A stretch of 64,000 nt of DNA from Candidatus Eiseniibacteriota bacterium (GTDB lineage Bacteria; Eisenbacteria; RBG-16-71-46), in the NCBI GenBank assembly GCA_031370785.1, contig JANMQY010000060.1, forward strand, positions 47,889 through 111,888, written 5' to 3'. Position 1 is the first letter of the stretch; each line of letters begins with the position of its first letter. The notes under the pieces are model-generated. The model saw only the letters and a list, made by a program, of their open reading frames with translations. It was not told where the DNA came from and did no database searches. This document shows, piece by piece, positions 19,865 to 32,796 of the stretch. The position numbers and the translations under genes are program-made.

Positions 19865-22542
19865 GCGCGACCGTGAGGGTGAACATCAACGGACGCGCGA
19901 TCGAAGTGCCGGCCGGCACGCTGGTGACCGATGCGGCGCGCGTGGCCGAGGTGCACGTCCCGATCTTCTGCTCGCACGCGAAGCTCCCGCCGCTCGGAGC
20001 GTGCCGCATCTGCGTCGTCGAGATCGGGGTGCCCAGGCTCGGTCCCGATCGGAAGCCGGTGTTCGGACCCGACGGCGCTCCTGAAATCGCATGGATGCCC
20101 AAGGTCCAGACCGGCTGCACCACGGCCGTCACCGACGGCATGCACGTGCGCACCGAGTCTCCGGTGGCGATCCAGGCGCGCAAGGGTGTGATGGAGTTCC
20201 TGCTGGTCAACCATCCGCTCGACTGCCCGGTGTGCGACGAGGGCGGCGAGTGCCAGCTCCAGGACCTCGCGTTTGCGTTCGGTGCGGACTTCTCGCGCAT
20301 GTCCGACGCCAAGCGCACGTTCGTCTCCGAGGATCTCGGGCCGATCGTCAAGAAGGAAGCGAATCGCTGCATCGTGTGCATGCGCTGCGTGCGCTACTGC
20401 GACGAAGTGATGGGCGACGACGCGCTGACCGCGCACCAGCGCGGCGTGCGCACCGAGATCTCCTCGTTCAACCGCCAGCCGCTCGAGTGCGAGCAGTGCG
20501 GCAACTGCATCGAGGTGTGTCCGGTCGGTGCGCTGACCGCGCTGCCGTACCGCTTCCAGGCGCGGCCGTGGGACCTGCGCCAGCACATCACGGTGTGCCC
20601 GTACTGCTCGAACGGCTGCTCGGTGCGCCTCGGAGTGCGCGGCATGGAGATCCTGCGCGCGCGCGGGACCGAGTACCGGGGCGTGAACGAGGAGTACCTG
20701 TGCGTGCGCGGACGCTTCGGCTACGAATTCGTGAACAGCGCCGACAGACTGACCAGCCCCCTGCTGCGCGTGGGCGGCGCGCTGTCTCCGGCCGGATTCG
20801 ACGAGGCGTCGACCTACGCGGCGGCGCGGCTCAAGGAGGTCGCGGCGACTCACGGCCCCGGTGCGATCGCGTTTCTCGGCGGCGAGAAGCTGAATCTCGA
20901 AGAGCAGTACCTCATGCAGAAGCTGGCGCGCGCCGTGCTGGGAACGAATCACATCGACGCCCGCACGCGCTTCACCGCGCCCGTCGGAGGCTCGGCGTTC
21001 CTGCGCGCGACCGGCGGCGGGAGCGCGGCGCTCACCTTCGAAGATCTGGTGCATGCGCAGGAGGTGCTGGTCCTGGGCGAGGATCTGCAGGGAGAAGCGC
21101 CATTCGCGCAGTCCGTGCTGGTTCGCGGCCAGCATCAGTTCGGGCTTCACCTGACCGTGGCGCATCCACGCCGGGTCAAGCTGGCCCGCGCCAAGTTCCG
21201 CGGCGACTGGCTCGCGATCCAGCCGGGGAGCGAGCTGGCGCTGATCCACGCCCTGACCCGCGCGGCGCTCGAAGCAGGCCCCGCGCCAGGGACGCCTCCC
21301 GATGTGGCTGCGGGCCTGGCCACGCTTCGCGGCGCGCTGGCCGGTCCGCAGAGCGAGTCCGAGATCGGTGATCAGGCCGCGGCGATCGCTTCTGCGGCCG
21401 GCCGGTTGCTCAAGGCCGAGCGCAAGGCAATCGTGTTCGGGCGCGCGATCGCGGAGCATCCCGAGGCTCCCGCGCTGCTGCAGGCGATCGAGAACCTGGG
21501 ATGGGCAACCGGTGCGCTGACGAGGGATCGGTCCTCGGTCATGTACTGCGGCCCGAATTCCAACAGCCAGGGTGCGCTCGACATGGGGCTGACGCCCGAC
21601 CGTCTGCCCGGCTACATCGGCGTCGGCGACGCCGCGGCCCGCCAGCCGTTCGAGCAGCAGTGGGGAGGGACGCTGCCCTCTTCGAACGGCCTGACCGCCC
21701 CCGAGATCCTCGAGGCCGCGGCGCAGGGTAAAATCCGCGCATTGTGGATCGCGGGCGACCACTGGTTGCGCAGCGCGCCCGATCGCGCGCTCGCCGAGAA
21801 GGCGCTCGAAACGTGCGATCTCGTGATCGTGAGCGAGCTGTTCCTCACCGATACGGCGAAGCGCGCGCACGTGGTCTTCCCGGCGGCCGCGTTCGCGGAG
21901 AAGGAAGGCGTGGTGATCAACAGCGAGCGCAGACTCCAGCGCGCGGCGCGCGCGCTTTCGCCAAGGCGCGGCGCGAAGGCAGACTGGGAAATTCTGCAAT
22001 CGGTGGCGCGCGCCCTCGGAGCGAACTGGTCGTACCGCACGCCGGAAGACGTGTTCCGCGAGATCACGCGGCTGGTGCCGGGCTTCCGCGGGCTGAGCTG
22101 GGCTCACCTGCTTCCGCTGGGGCACCAGTGGACTCTTCCCACACCATTGCCTGCGAACCTCGTGGCGCCCTCTCGGGCCCCGGCTGGGGCGCGCGCGAGC
22201 GCCGAACAGGGGCTCACGCTGCTCTCGGGCGGCACGCTGTTCCTCCAGGGCAGCCTTTCCTATCGCGGAGCCACGTTGCCCAAGCTCGCACAAGCGGCAC
22301 GGGCCTGGCTCCATCCCGGTGAAGCTGAGCGGCTCGGCATCGAAGAGGGCGAAGCGGTCGAGGTGGCGGGTCCCTCGGGCGCGTTCCGCGTCGACGCCGC
22401 GATCGATGACTCCGTGCCGCCGGGCAGCGTGTTCGTGCCGTACGCCTACGCCGGGGTCGAGATCAACCGGCTCGGAGTCGTTCCCGGCGCGGGCGCGCGG
22501 GTGCGGGTCACGAAGATCGCCTCCGCACGCGTGGGAGTGTGA
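19861..22542 (+). CDS. nuoG: NADH-quinone oxidoreductase subunit G (long form with molybdopterin-oxidoreductase-like domain)
   Basis: GACRIC, NHPLDCPVCDEGGECQLQD, CIVCMRC, CPYCSNGC; position between nuoF and nuoH. Confidence 0.92.
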   Translation: MSATVRVNINGRAIEVPAGTLVTDAARVAEVHVPIFCSHAKLPPLGACRICVVEIGVPRLGPDRKPVFGPDGAPEIAWMPKVQTGCTTAVTDGMHVRTESPVAIQARKGVMEFLLVNHPLDCPVCDEGGECQLQDLAFAFGADFSRMSDAKRTFVSEDLGPIVKKEANRCIVCMRCVRYCDEVMGDDALTAHQRGVRTEISSFNRQPLECEQCGNCIEVCPVGALTALPYRFQARPWDLRQHITVCPYCSNGCSVRLGVRGMEILRARGTEYRGVNEEYLCVRGRFGYEFVNSADRLTSPLLRVGGALSPAGFDEASTYAAARLKEVAATHGPGAIAFLGGEKLNLEEQYLMQKLARAVLGTNHIDARTRFTAPVGGSAFLRATGGGSAALTFEDLVHAQEVLVLGEDLQGEAPFAQSVLVRGQHQFGLHLTVAHPRRVKLARAKFRGDWLAIQPGSELALIHALTRAALEAGPAPGTPPDVAAGLATLRGALAGPQSESEIGDQAAAIASAAGRLLKAERKAIVFGRAIAEHPEAPALLQAIENLGWATGALTRDRSSVMYCGPNSNSQGALDMGLTPDRLPGYIGVGDAAARQPFEQQWGGTLPSSNGLTAPEILEAAAQGKIRALWIAGDHWLRSAPDRALAEKALETCDLVIVSELFLTDTAKRAHVVFPAAAFAEKEGVVINSERRLQRAARALSPRRGAKADWEILQSVARALGANWSYRTPEDVFREITRLVPGFRGLSWAHLLPLGHQWTLPTPLPANLVAPSRAPAGARASAEQGLTLLSGGTLFLQGSLSYRGATLPKLAQAARAWLHPGEAERLGIEEGEAVEVAGPSGAFRVDAAIDDSVPPGSVFVPYAYAGVEINRLGVVPGAGARVRVTKIASARVGV

Positions 22543-23575
22543 ACGGGATGGCCGCCCTGCTCGAGAACCCCGACCTGCAGCTCGCCTTCTGGGCCATCGT
22601 CAAGGTCCTGGTGATCCTGCACGCGATGCTCGGGATCGTGTCCTACATGATCTTCGCCGAGCGCAAGGTCGCGGGGCACATGCAGGCGCGCACCGGTCCC
22701 AACCGTGTCGGGCCATTCGGTCTCTTCCAGCCCATCGCCGATGTCGGCAAGCTCTTCTTCAAGGAGGAGTTCATTCCCGCCGACGCGAGCAAGGTGATCT
22801 TCCATATCGCGCCGATGCTCGCGGTGATCCCGGCACTGGTCACATTCGTGATCGTGCCGTTCGGACCCGGCGATGCGTTCGTCGGGACCGATCTCAATGT
22901 GGGCCTGCTGCTGTTCTTTGCGATGTCGAGCCTTGGCGTCTACGCGATCACCCTCGGCGGCTGGGCGTCGAACAACAAGTACGCGCTGCTCGGGGGCTTA
23001 AGATCGTCGGCGCAGATGATCTCGTACGAGCTGGCGATGGGGCTCTCGACCATCGGCGTGCTCCTGATCGCCGGCTCGCTCTCGATGGTTCAGATCGTGC
23101 ACTCGCAGGCGCGCCTCATGCACCTGGGACCGCTCGCGGTGCCGGCGTGGAACATCTTCTTCCAGCCGCTCGCCTTTGCGATCTTCATGATCACCGCGTT
23201 CGCCGAGACCAACCGCGCGCCGTTCGATCTGCCCGAGGCCGAGGGCGAGCTGGTCGCCGGCTTTCACACCGAGTATTCGAGCATGAAGTTCGGCCTGTTC
23301 TTCCTCGGCGAGTACATGAACGTGATCTCGATCAGCTGCATCGCGGTCACGCTGTTTCTCGGCGGCTGGAATGGCCCGGGGCCGCAGTCGCTCGGGCTGC
23401 TCTGGTTCGTTCTCAAGCTCGGCGCGCTGCTGTTCTTCTTCATCTGGGTGCGCTGGACCTTTCCGCGGCTGCGCTACGACCAGCTGATGAATTTCGGCTG
23501 GAAGGTACTGCTGCCGCTCTCGCTCGGCAACGTCGTGCTCACGGCGCTGGTGGTCTACTTCACCGGAGGACGGCC

Positions 23576-23579
<4 letters not shown>
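22539..23579 (+). CDS. nuoH: NADH-quinone oxidoreductase subunit H
   Basis: ERKV..MQAR.GPNRVG, SNNKYALLG, ETNRAPFDLPEAE, PRLRYDQLM. Confidence 0.97.
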
Positions 23580-24111
<532 letters not shown>

Positions 24112-24115
<4 letters not shown>

Positions 24116-24414
24116 TTCCTCTGTCGTGGTCGCTGATCCTGAGCGCACTGGTGTTCGGCATCGGGCTGATCGGCGTGCTGGTGCGGCGCAACGCGCTCAT
24201 CATCTTCATGTCGATCGAGCTGATGCTGAACTCCGCCAACCTCGTGTTCGTCGCCTTTGCGCGGGCCATGAATTCGATCGACGGGCAGGTGTTCGTGTTC
24301 TTCGTCATGACGGTGGCTGCCGCCGAGGTCGCGGTCGGCCTCGCGATCATCGTCAACCTGTTCCGGCTCCGCGAGACGGTCTTCGTGGACGAGATCAACC
24401 TGCTCAAGAACTGA
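24112..24414 (+). CDS. nuoK: NADH-quinone oxidoreductase subunit K
   Basis: [24 protein letters not shown]. Confidence 0.97.
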
Positions 24415-24423
24415 GAAACGGAC

Positions 24424-26346
<1,923 letters not shown>

Positions 26347-26352
26347 GGGCCG

Positions 26353-27915
26353 ATGTCCTTTCCCTGGTTGACCTGGCTGGTGTTCTTTCCGCTCGCGGGC
26401 GCGGCATTGATCATGCTGCTGCCCGCCACCGCGAATCGCGCCATCCGGCTCTGGTCGACGGTCATCGCGGTGGCCGAGATGGTCTTCTCGCTCCCGTTGT
26501 GGTGGCGCTTCGTGCCGGATCAGGCGGGCTGGCAGTTCGAGGAGAAGCGCGCCTGGCTGCCCGCGCTGGGTGCGAGCTATCACCTGGGAATGGACGGGGT
26601 CAGCCTGATGCTCGTGCTGCTCACCACCGTGCTGACCGCGGTCGCGGTGATCGGAGCGTGGAGCGCCGTCGACAAGCGGCCCCGGGAGTTCTTTGCGCTC
26701 CTGCTCGCGCTCGAGGCCGGCATGCTCGGCACGTTCCTGTGCCTCGACCTGCTGCTGTTCTACGTGTTCTGGGAGGCCATGCTCATTCCGATGTACCTGC
26801 TCATCGGAGTGTGGGGCGGGCAGCGCCGCATCTACGCCGCGGTCAAATTCTTCCTCTACACCATGGCCGGAAGCGTGCTCATGCTGGTCGCGATCCTGTG
26901 GCTCTACTACCTGCAGCGCGCAGCGACCGGGGTGGCGACTTTCGACCTCGATGCGTTCTACGCGCTGGCGATTGCGCCTTCGACGCAGCAGTGGCTGTTC
27001 CTTGCGTTCGCGGTGGCGTTCGCGATCAAGGTCCCGATGTTCCCGTTCCACACCTGGCTTCCCGACGCGCACGTCGAGGCGCCAACCGCCGGATCGGTGA
27101 TCCTCGCGGCGATCCTGCTCAAGATGGGCACGTTCGGATTCCTGCGCTACGCGATCCCGCTGTTCCCGAACGCCTCCGCTCAGTTCGCGCCGTGGATCGC
27201 GGGCCTGGCGATCGTCGGCATCATCTACGGCGCGCTGGTGGCGATGGTGCAGCCCGACCTGAAGAAGCTGGTCGCATATTCGTCGGTGAGCCACCTGGGG
27301 TTCTGCATGCTCGGCCTGTACGCCATGAACGCGCAGGGGCTCGCCGGCGCGATGATGCAGATGCTCAACCACGGCGTCTCGACCGGGGCGCTGTTCCTCC
27401 TGGTCGGGGTCATCTACGAGAGGCGGCACACCCGCGCGATCTCCGACTTCGGCGGACTATGGAAGCCCATGCCGGTCTACGGCGCAGTGTTCCTGGTGGT
27501 GCTGCTGTCCTCGATCGGCCTGCCCGGGACCAACGGCTTCGTCGGTGAGTTCCTGGTGCTGCTCGGCACCTTCCGGGTTCACCCGATCTGGGCCGCGTGG
27601 GCCTCGAGCGGCGTGATCCTGTCCGCGCTCTACATGCTGTGGATGTTCCAGCGCGTCATGTTCGGCCCGGTCACGCATGTCGAGAACGAAAAGCTTCCGG
27701 ACCTGAGCCGGCGCGAGCGGCTGGTGTTCGCGCCGCTCCTGATCCTGATCTTCTGGATGGGGGTCATGCCGCAGCCGATCCTCGCGCGCATGCAGCCCAC
27801 TCTGGATCGCACGCTGCGCCTGGCGGAGGTGCGGGCCGCGATGAGCGCGCATGCCAGGCCGGTCCGACTCGACGCGGCACCGATGCCGGTGCCCGGGGAG
27901 GGAGCGCGGCCGTGA
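26353..27915 (+). CDS. nuoM: NADH-quinone oxidoreductase subunit M
   Basis: FYVFWE, KVPMFPFHTWLPDAHVEAPT, LVAYSSVSH, GFVGEF. Confidence 0.97.
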   Translation: MSFPWLTWLVFFPLAGAALIMLLPATANRAIRLWSTVIAVAEMVFSLPLWWRFVPDQAGWQFEEKRAWLPALGASYHLGMDGVSLMLVLLTTVLTAVAVIGAWSAVDKRPREFFALLLALEAGMLGTFLCLDLLLFYVFWEAMLIPMYLLIGVWGGQRRIYAAVKFFLYTMAGSVLMLVAILWLYYLQRAATGVATFDLDAFYALAIAPSTQQWLFLAFAVAFAIKVPMFPFHTWLPDAHVEAPTAGSVILAAILLKMGTFGFLRYAIPLFPNASAQFAPWIAGLAIVGIIYGALVAMVQPDLKKLVAYSSVSHLGFCMLGLYAMNAQGLAGAMMQMLNHGVSTGALFLLVGVIYERRHTRAISDFGGLWKPMPVYGAVFLVVLLSSIGLPGTNGFVGEFLVLLGTFRVHPIWAAWASSGVILSALYMLWMFQRVMFGPVTHVENEKLPDLSRRERLVFAPLLILIFWMGVMPQPILARMQPTLDRTLRLAEVRAAMSAHARPVRLDAAPMPVPGEGARP

Positions 27916-29378
27916 ACCTCGTGCCTCCTCCCACGCTGCTCGCCGTCGACTGGTACGCGCTCGGCGCGGTGCTCGCGCTCTCGGTCGGGGCGATGCTGCT
28001 GCTGCTGCTCGAATTCGTGCCGAAGAAGCCGGATTCGAATCGCGCGGCGATCGTCTCTCTGATCACGCTCGCGGCCGCAGGGTGGAGCGTGTTCCACGTG
28101 CGCGGCACCGCGCGCTCGCTGTTCGGCGGCATGTTCGTTCACGACAGCTTCTCCGTTTTCTTCACGCTGCTGTTCTGTTCGGTGGCGGCGGTCTCGGTGC
28201 TGCTGTCGTGGGACTATCTGAAGCGCACCCGCATCCATCAGACCGAGTACTACATGCTGCTGCTCAGCGCGACGCTCGGCATGATCCTGATGGCCGCCTC
28301 GAACGACCTGATCACAGTGTTCCTCGGGCTCGAGCTGATGTCGATCGCGCTCTACGTGATGGTGGGTTTCCGCCGCGGCCAGCTGGAATCGAACGAGGCG
28401 GCGCTCAAGTATTTCCTGCTCGGCGCCTTCGCGAGTGGATTCCTGCTCTACGGCATCGCCCTGCTCTACGGCGCGACCGGCACCACCAACATCGCAGCGA
28501 TGTCCGCGTTCGTGGCCGACTCTCCGCTCAAGGAGAATCCGCTGCTGATCGTGGGCGGACTGCTGCTCCTCACCGGATTCGCGTTCAAGGTCGCGGCCGT
28601 GCCCTTCCACATGTGGACCCCCGACGCCTACGAGGGAGCCCCGACCACGGTCACCGCGTTCATGTCGGCCGGAGCGAAGGCCGCCGGCTTCGCCGCGCTG
28701 CTGCGCGTCGTCCTGCATTCGCTGGGCGGCGTGCACGAGTACTGGACGCCCGTGCTCACCGCGATCGCGATGCTCACCATGACGGTGGGAAACATCTCCG
28801 CGCTGCTCCAGACCAGCGTCAAGCGCATGCTCGCGTACTCCAGTATCGCGCACGCCGGCTACCTGCTGGTGGCGGTGGTCGCCGGGGGACCCGAGGGCGC
28901 ATCCGCCGCGCTCTTCTATCTCGCGGTCTACTCGGCGATGAACGTCGGCGCGTTTGGCGTGCTCGCCCTGCTCGGGCGCGGCCAGGAGGAGCGCGTGCTG
29001 GTGGCCGATCTCGCCGGGCTCGGTTTCCGCCAACCGCTGATCGGGCTGGCGATGACCGTGTTCATGCTTTCACTCGGCGGCATTCCGCCCACTGCCGGGT
29101 TCATGGGCAAGGTCTACCTGTTCGGCGTGGCGCTGCGCGCCGGGCTGGTTCCGCTGGTCATCGTCGGCGTGCTCAACAGCGTGGTCTCGGTGTTCTACTA
29201 TCTGCGCATCACGGTCGCGATGTACATGGACGAGCCCAGGGGCGAGCCCACGCAGGTGTCGTGGGCGGTGCCTGCCGCGATCGCTCTTCTCGCCTGCCTC
29301 GCCCTGACCCTGTGGTGGGGCGTGCAGGCGCACCAGCTGCTGCTGCAGGCGCAGCGCTCGGTCACGGGCCTGATGTAG
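27912..29378 (+). CDS. nuoN: NADH-quinone oxidoreductase subunit N
   Basis: EAALKYFLLG, FKVAAVPFHMWTPDAYEGAPT, KRMLAYSSIAHAGY. Confidence 0.97.
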   Translation: MNLVPPPTLLAVDWYALGAVLALSVGAMLLLLLEFVPKKPDSNRAAIVSLITLAAAGWSVFHVRGTARSLFGGMFVHDSFSVFFTLLFCSVAAVSVLLSWDYLKRTRIHQTEYYMLLLSATLGMILMAASNDLITVFLGLELMSIALYVMVGFRRGQLESNEAALKYFLLGAFASGFLLYGIALLYGATGTTNIAAMSAFVADSPLKENPLLIVGGLLLLTGFAFKVAAVPFHMWTPDAYEGAPTTVTAFMSAGAKAAGFAALLRVVLHSLGGVHEYWTPVLTAIAMLTMTVGNISALLQTSVKRMLAYSSIAHAGYLLVAVVAGGPEGASAALFYLAVYSAMNVGAFGVLALLGRGQEERVLVADLAGLGFRQPLIGLAMTVFMLSLGGIPPTAGFMGKVYLFGVALRAGLVPLVIVGVLNSVVSVFYYLRITVAMYMDEPRGEPTQVSWAVPAAIALLACLALTLWWGVQAHQLLLQAQRSVTGLM

Positions 29379-29413
29379 CCGCGCGGTCGCGTGGGAGTGT
29401 GCACGCGACCCGG

Positions 29414-31537
29414 TCAGGGCTTAGGGCTCCCGCTTCGTTCAAGCGCCTCGAGCGCCTGGGTCGCAGCCGCGTCCCCGGGAGACCTGGCCAGATGGCGGCG
29501 GTACGCGGCGCGCGCCCGGTCCCTTAGTCCCAGGCGCTCCCACGCCCGCCCTTCGTAGAGGTCCAGCGCGTCCGAGCCGCCGCCGGCGCGGCGCTCGTGC
29601 TCGAATTCGCGCAGCGCGGCGCGCGCATCCCCGACACCGAGCGCGATCACGCCCAGCCGCTCGTGCGCCGCGTAGGTATACGGATTCTTCGCGAGCGCCG
29701 CCTCGAGATGATTCCGCGCCACGTCGGGACGCCGGTCCATCAATGCAAAGTTCGCGAGCAGCGAATGCGCGCGCGAGTTGAACGGCGAGCTCGCGAGCTG
29801 GCGCTCGAGCTCGGCCTGGACCTGGGCACGCAGCACGGGATCGCGCGCGCACGCCGGGCCCAGTTGCTCGAGCCGCTCGTTGCCGCCGGGCGCAGTCGCG
29901 TAGGCGAGGCTCTCGGCGGCCGCCGCGCACGCGCCATCCCGCCTCGCGTAAAGGCACGCGTTGTCGTCGCGAAAGATCAGCGCGAACGAGGAGTCCGCAT
30001 CGGCGAAGTCGGGCAGCCGGTCGCCCTCGACCGCGTGCTGCTGGCCGTCGATCAGCAGGAGGTCGAAGCGATGGCGCTCGTCGAGCCGGTGCCACGCCCC
30101 GGGGTCCACGAAGACGTAGGGGTAGAGCTTCCGATCCTCGGGAGTTCCGCTCTGGTGGATGTCCATGAAGGGCAGCCGCGCCGGATCGGGCCAGAACCGC
30201 CACAGCAGGTAGCCGCCGTTGTAATACTCGTTGAAGAGCCGGCCGCGCAGCCGATGCGCTTCGATGAAGTCGCACGCCGCGATCGGATACTGGGTGAGAT
30301 CGAAGCCCACGCCGAGCGGCATCTCGGGCCGCGCCCACTCGAGCGCCGCGAGCGCGAGGCATGCGGCAGCGGCGAAGCCGACACGCGGCGCGGGCCGGCG
30401 CAGCCATCCGGGGATGCGCCACACCCCGAGACGGTCGGCGAGATCGCGCGAAACGAAAGGCGCTGCGACCAGCGCGTAGAACCCGGCGAAGCGCTGCGAC
30501 TGGATCGCGAGCGCGGTGAACAGCGCGCAGAGCAGCACCTCGGCCCAGTCCACGGCGCGCGCCCGCCGCGCGCGAAGCCAGAGCAGGAGCGGCCAGCCCA
30601 CCAGCAGCAGCTCGATGCCGGTCTTCCAGTGAGTCGACCACGACATCGGGCGAAGCTCCGAGATGGTGCGGTAGATGGGCTCGTGGCTCCACGCCAGCGC
30701 GTACTCGAACGGCTGCCACAGCGCGCGCCAGCCGGACGGATTGAGGAACGTTGCGGCCAGGGCGAGCAGTGCGACCACCCACAGCGGCCCCGATGGGCCG
30801 AGCACGCGGGATGCGTCCTCACCCTCGCGGCGTACGCGAGCAGCCCGGCGCTGCCGCACGTGCGCATCGATCAGATAGCCGCCAAGCACGGCGAAGCCGA
30901 GCGTGTAGGAGAGGTGCACGTTCGACCAGACCAGCGCGATCGGAATGATCATCCAGGCACGGTCGGGCGTGGACAGGCGGCGACTCTCGAGTACCCACAG
31001 CTCGAGCGCGAGCAGCACGCCGACCACGGTTTCGGGGCGCACCTGCGAGCGGTGGCGCCAGGTGAGCGCGCACAGCACGATCACGACCAGCGGGGCCAGA
31101 CCCCTTGCGCCCATGCGGCGCGCGGTCGCCCACAAGATGGCGAAAGCGGCGAGCGTCGTGAGCCAGCGCCACGCGAACAGGCCCCACACGCCGCCCGCGC
31201 TCCAGAACGGCCAGAGCAGCGCGCGGAACGCCCAGGACGGCGTGACCTCGGGCACGCCCATGGTCGGCCAGATCCAGATCTGCGTGGTGGGCACGTGATG
31301 AAGCGCCCACAGCGCACGGCCGACCGCGAGGTGCTGCCAGACATCGGGATCGTAGATGCGATAGGTGACCGAGAGCGCGACGCACAGTGCGGCGAAAACG
31401 GCGAGTGCGAGCGTCGCCGGATGCCGCAGCGGGAGCGCGTCCGCCTCCGGGGCCGGCTCGGCGGGGTGCGCTCCGGATCGGGCCGGTGTGCTCCCGGAGC
31501 GCGAACCGCGCGCGTTCCGGCCGGACTGCGGACTCAC
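29414..31537 (-). CDS. Polytopic membrane protein with C-terminal TPR repeats (possible GT-C-fold glycosyltransferase)
   Basis: First-loop DPDVWQHLAVG motif, about 10 TM segments, TPR-like helices at the C-terminus; GTG overlaps the moeA stop. Confidence 0.65.
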   Translation of the reverse strand: MSPQSGRNARGSRSGSTPARSGAHPAEPAPEADALPLRHPATLALAVFAALCVALSVTYRIYDPDVWQHLAVGRALWALHHVPTTQIWIWPTMGVPEVTPSWAFRALLWPFWSAGGVWGLFAWRWLTTLAAFAILWATARRMGARGLAPLVVIVLCALTWRHRSQVRPETVVGVLLALELWVLESRRLSTPDRAWMIIPIALVWSNVHLSYTLGFAVLGGYLIDAHVRQRRAARVRREGEDASRVLGPSGPLWVVALLALAATFLNPSGWRALWQPFEYALAWSHEPIYRTISELRPMSWSTHWKTGIELLLVGWPLLLWLRARRARAVDWAEVLLCALFTALAIQSQRFAGFYALVAAPFVSRDLADRLGVWRIPGWLRRPAPRVGFAAAACLALAALEWARPEMPLGVGFDLTQYPIAACDFIEAHRLRGRLFNEYYNGGYLLWRFWPDPARLPFMDIHQSGTPEDRKLYPYVFVDPGAWHRLDERHRFDLLLIDGQQHAVEGDRLPDFADADSSFALIFRDDNACLYARRDGACAAAAESLAYATAPGGNERLEQLGPACARDPVLRAQVQAELERQLASSPFNSRAHSLLANFALMDRRPDVARNHLEAALAKNPYTYAAHERLGVIALGVGDARAALREFEHERRAGGGSDALDLYEGRAWERLGLRDRARAAYRRHLARSPGDAAATQALEALERSGSPKP

Positions 31538-32796
31538 GCCGGCGCGTCCTCCGGCCAGCGCAGCAGCAGCGCCTCGGCCGCGTCCCCGACCGCGAGCCCG
31601 GCTGCGCTCTCGGGCACGATCAGCAGTGCGTGCGCGCGCGCCTGCGGCGTGAGGTGCCCCGAGATCTGATCGCCGGCAGGCGATGCCTCGAAGGTCTCGC
31701 CCTTGCGCTCGAGCGTGGCACGCACGAAGTCGGTGCGCCCTTCGCGCGAAGGAATGGCGTGCCCGACCCGCACCCGCAAGCGCGGACGATCGAGCGAGGT
31801 GTAGCCCATCAGCCGGCGCAGCGCCGGTCGCGCCAGCGTCTCGAATACGCACGCGACCGAGCCCGGATTGCCGGGCAGCCCGAAGAACAGCTTGCCGCCG
31901 GGGGCGCCGAACGCCTGCGGCCTGCCTGGCTTCATCGCGACGCGCCACAGCTCGATTGCGCCCAGATCGGCGAGGCCCTGCTTGACCGGATCGTAGTCGC
32001 CGGCCGACACCCCGCCGATGGTGAACACCACGTCGCATGCGGCGAGCGCGAAGCGTGCGCGCTCCACCAGCACGCGCGGATCGTCGTTCACGCGCTCGCG
32101 ATGGGTGACGCGCGCGCCGCAGTTTTCGAGCAGCAGCGCCAGCATCGGCAGGTTGCTGTCGCGGATCGATCCCGGGCGCAGCGCCTGATCCACCTCGAGC
32201 AGCTCATCGCCGGTCGAGAGGATGGCAACGCGCGGCCGCGGGCTCACCGCCAGGCGCGCCTCGCCGAGCGCGGCCAGCAGCGCCAGATCGTACGCCGACA
32301 GCTCGCGTCCCTCTGCGAACGGGAACTCGCCGGCACGCAGATCGCGCCCGGCAGGGCGGATGTTCTCGTCGTGGCGGGCCGGCCGCACGAAGCGCGCGCG
32401 CTCGCTGCCGCCCTCCGCGAGACGCTCGCAATCCTCGAATGCCACCACCGCATTCGCCCCATCGGGCACCATCGCGCCGGTCATGATGCGCATGGTCTCG
32501 CCACGCTTGAGCGCGCGCGAAGCAACGCGCCCCGCGGGTAGCACCTCGGTCACGGCGAGCGTGACGGGAGAGGAGCTCGAAGCGCCGACCAGGTCCTGGG
32601 TGACGACCGCAAAGCCGTCCATCGACGAATTGCGGAACGGAGGCAGGTCGTGGCCGGCCGGATCCGCGCGGCGCAGCGCGCGCCCGAGCGCATCGCCGAG
32701 CGCGACGACTTCGAAAGGCATGGGCCGAACCGCCGCGAGTACCCGGCGGCGGGCCTCGTCGAAGGAGAGGAGCCTAGGCGCCGCGGCGGTAGACAC
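31534..32796 (-). CDS. moeA: Molybdopterin molybdotransferase
   Basis: PPFRNSSMDGFAV, IMTGA, STGDEL, GGVSAGDYD, GLPGNP. Confidence 0.95.
   Translation of the reverse strand: MSTAAAPRLLSFDEARRRVLAAVRPMPFEVVALGDALGRALRRADPAGHDLPPFRNSSMDGFAVVTQDLVGASSSSPVTLAVTEVLPAGRVASRALKRGETMRIMTGAMVPDGANAVVAFEDCERLAEGGSERARFVRPARHDENIRPAGRDLRAGEFPFAEGRELSAYDLALLAALGEARLAVSPRPRVAILSTGDELLEVDQALRPGSIRDSNLPMLALLLENCGARVTHRERVNDDPRVLVERARFALAACDVVFTIGGVSAGDYDPVKQGLADLGAIELWRVAMKPGRPQAFGAPGGKLFFGLPGNPGSVACVFETLARPALRRLMGYTSLDRPRLRVRVGHAIPSREGRTDFVRATLERKGETFEASPAGDQISGHLTPQARAHALLIVPESAAGLAVGDAAEALLLRWPEDAPA

Noticed and set aside
19861..22542. NuoG as an active molybdo-formate dehydrogenase, suggested by nearby mobA, moeA and moaC
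   Set aside because: The segment equivalent to the Cys/Sec-His molybdenum ligand loop reads NHIDARTRF, with no Cys or in-frame TGA, consistent with a cofactor-less NuoG.
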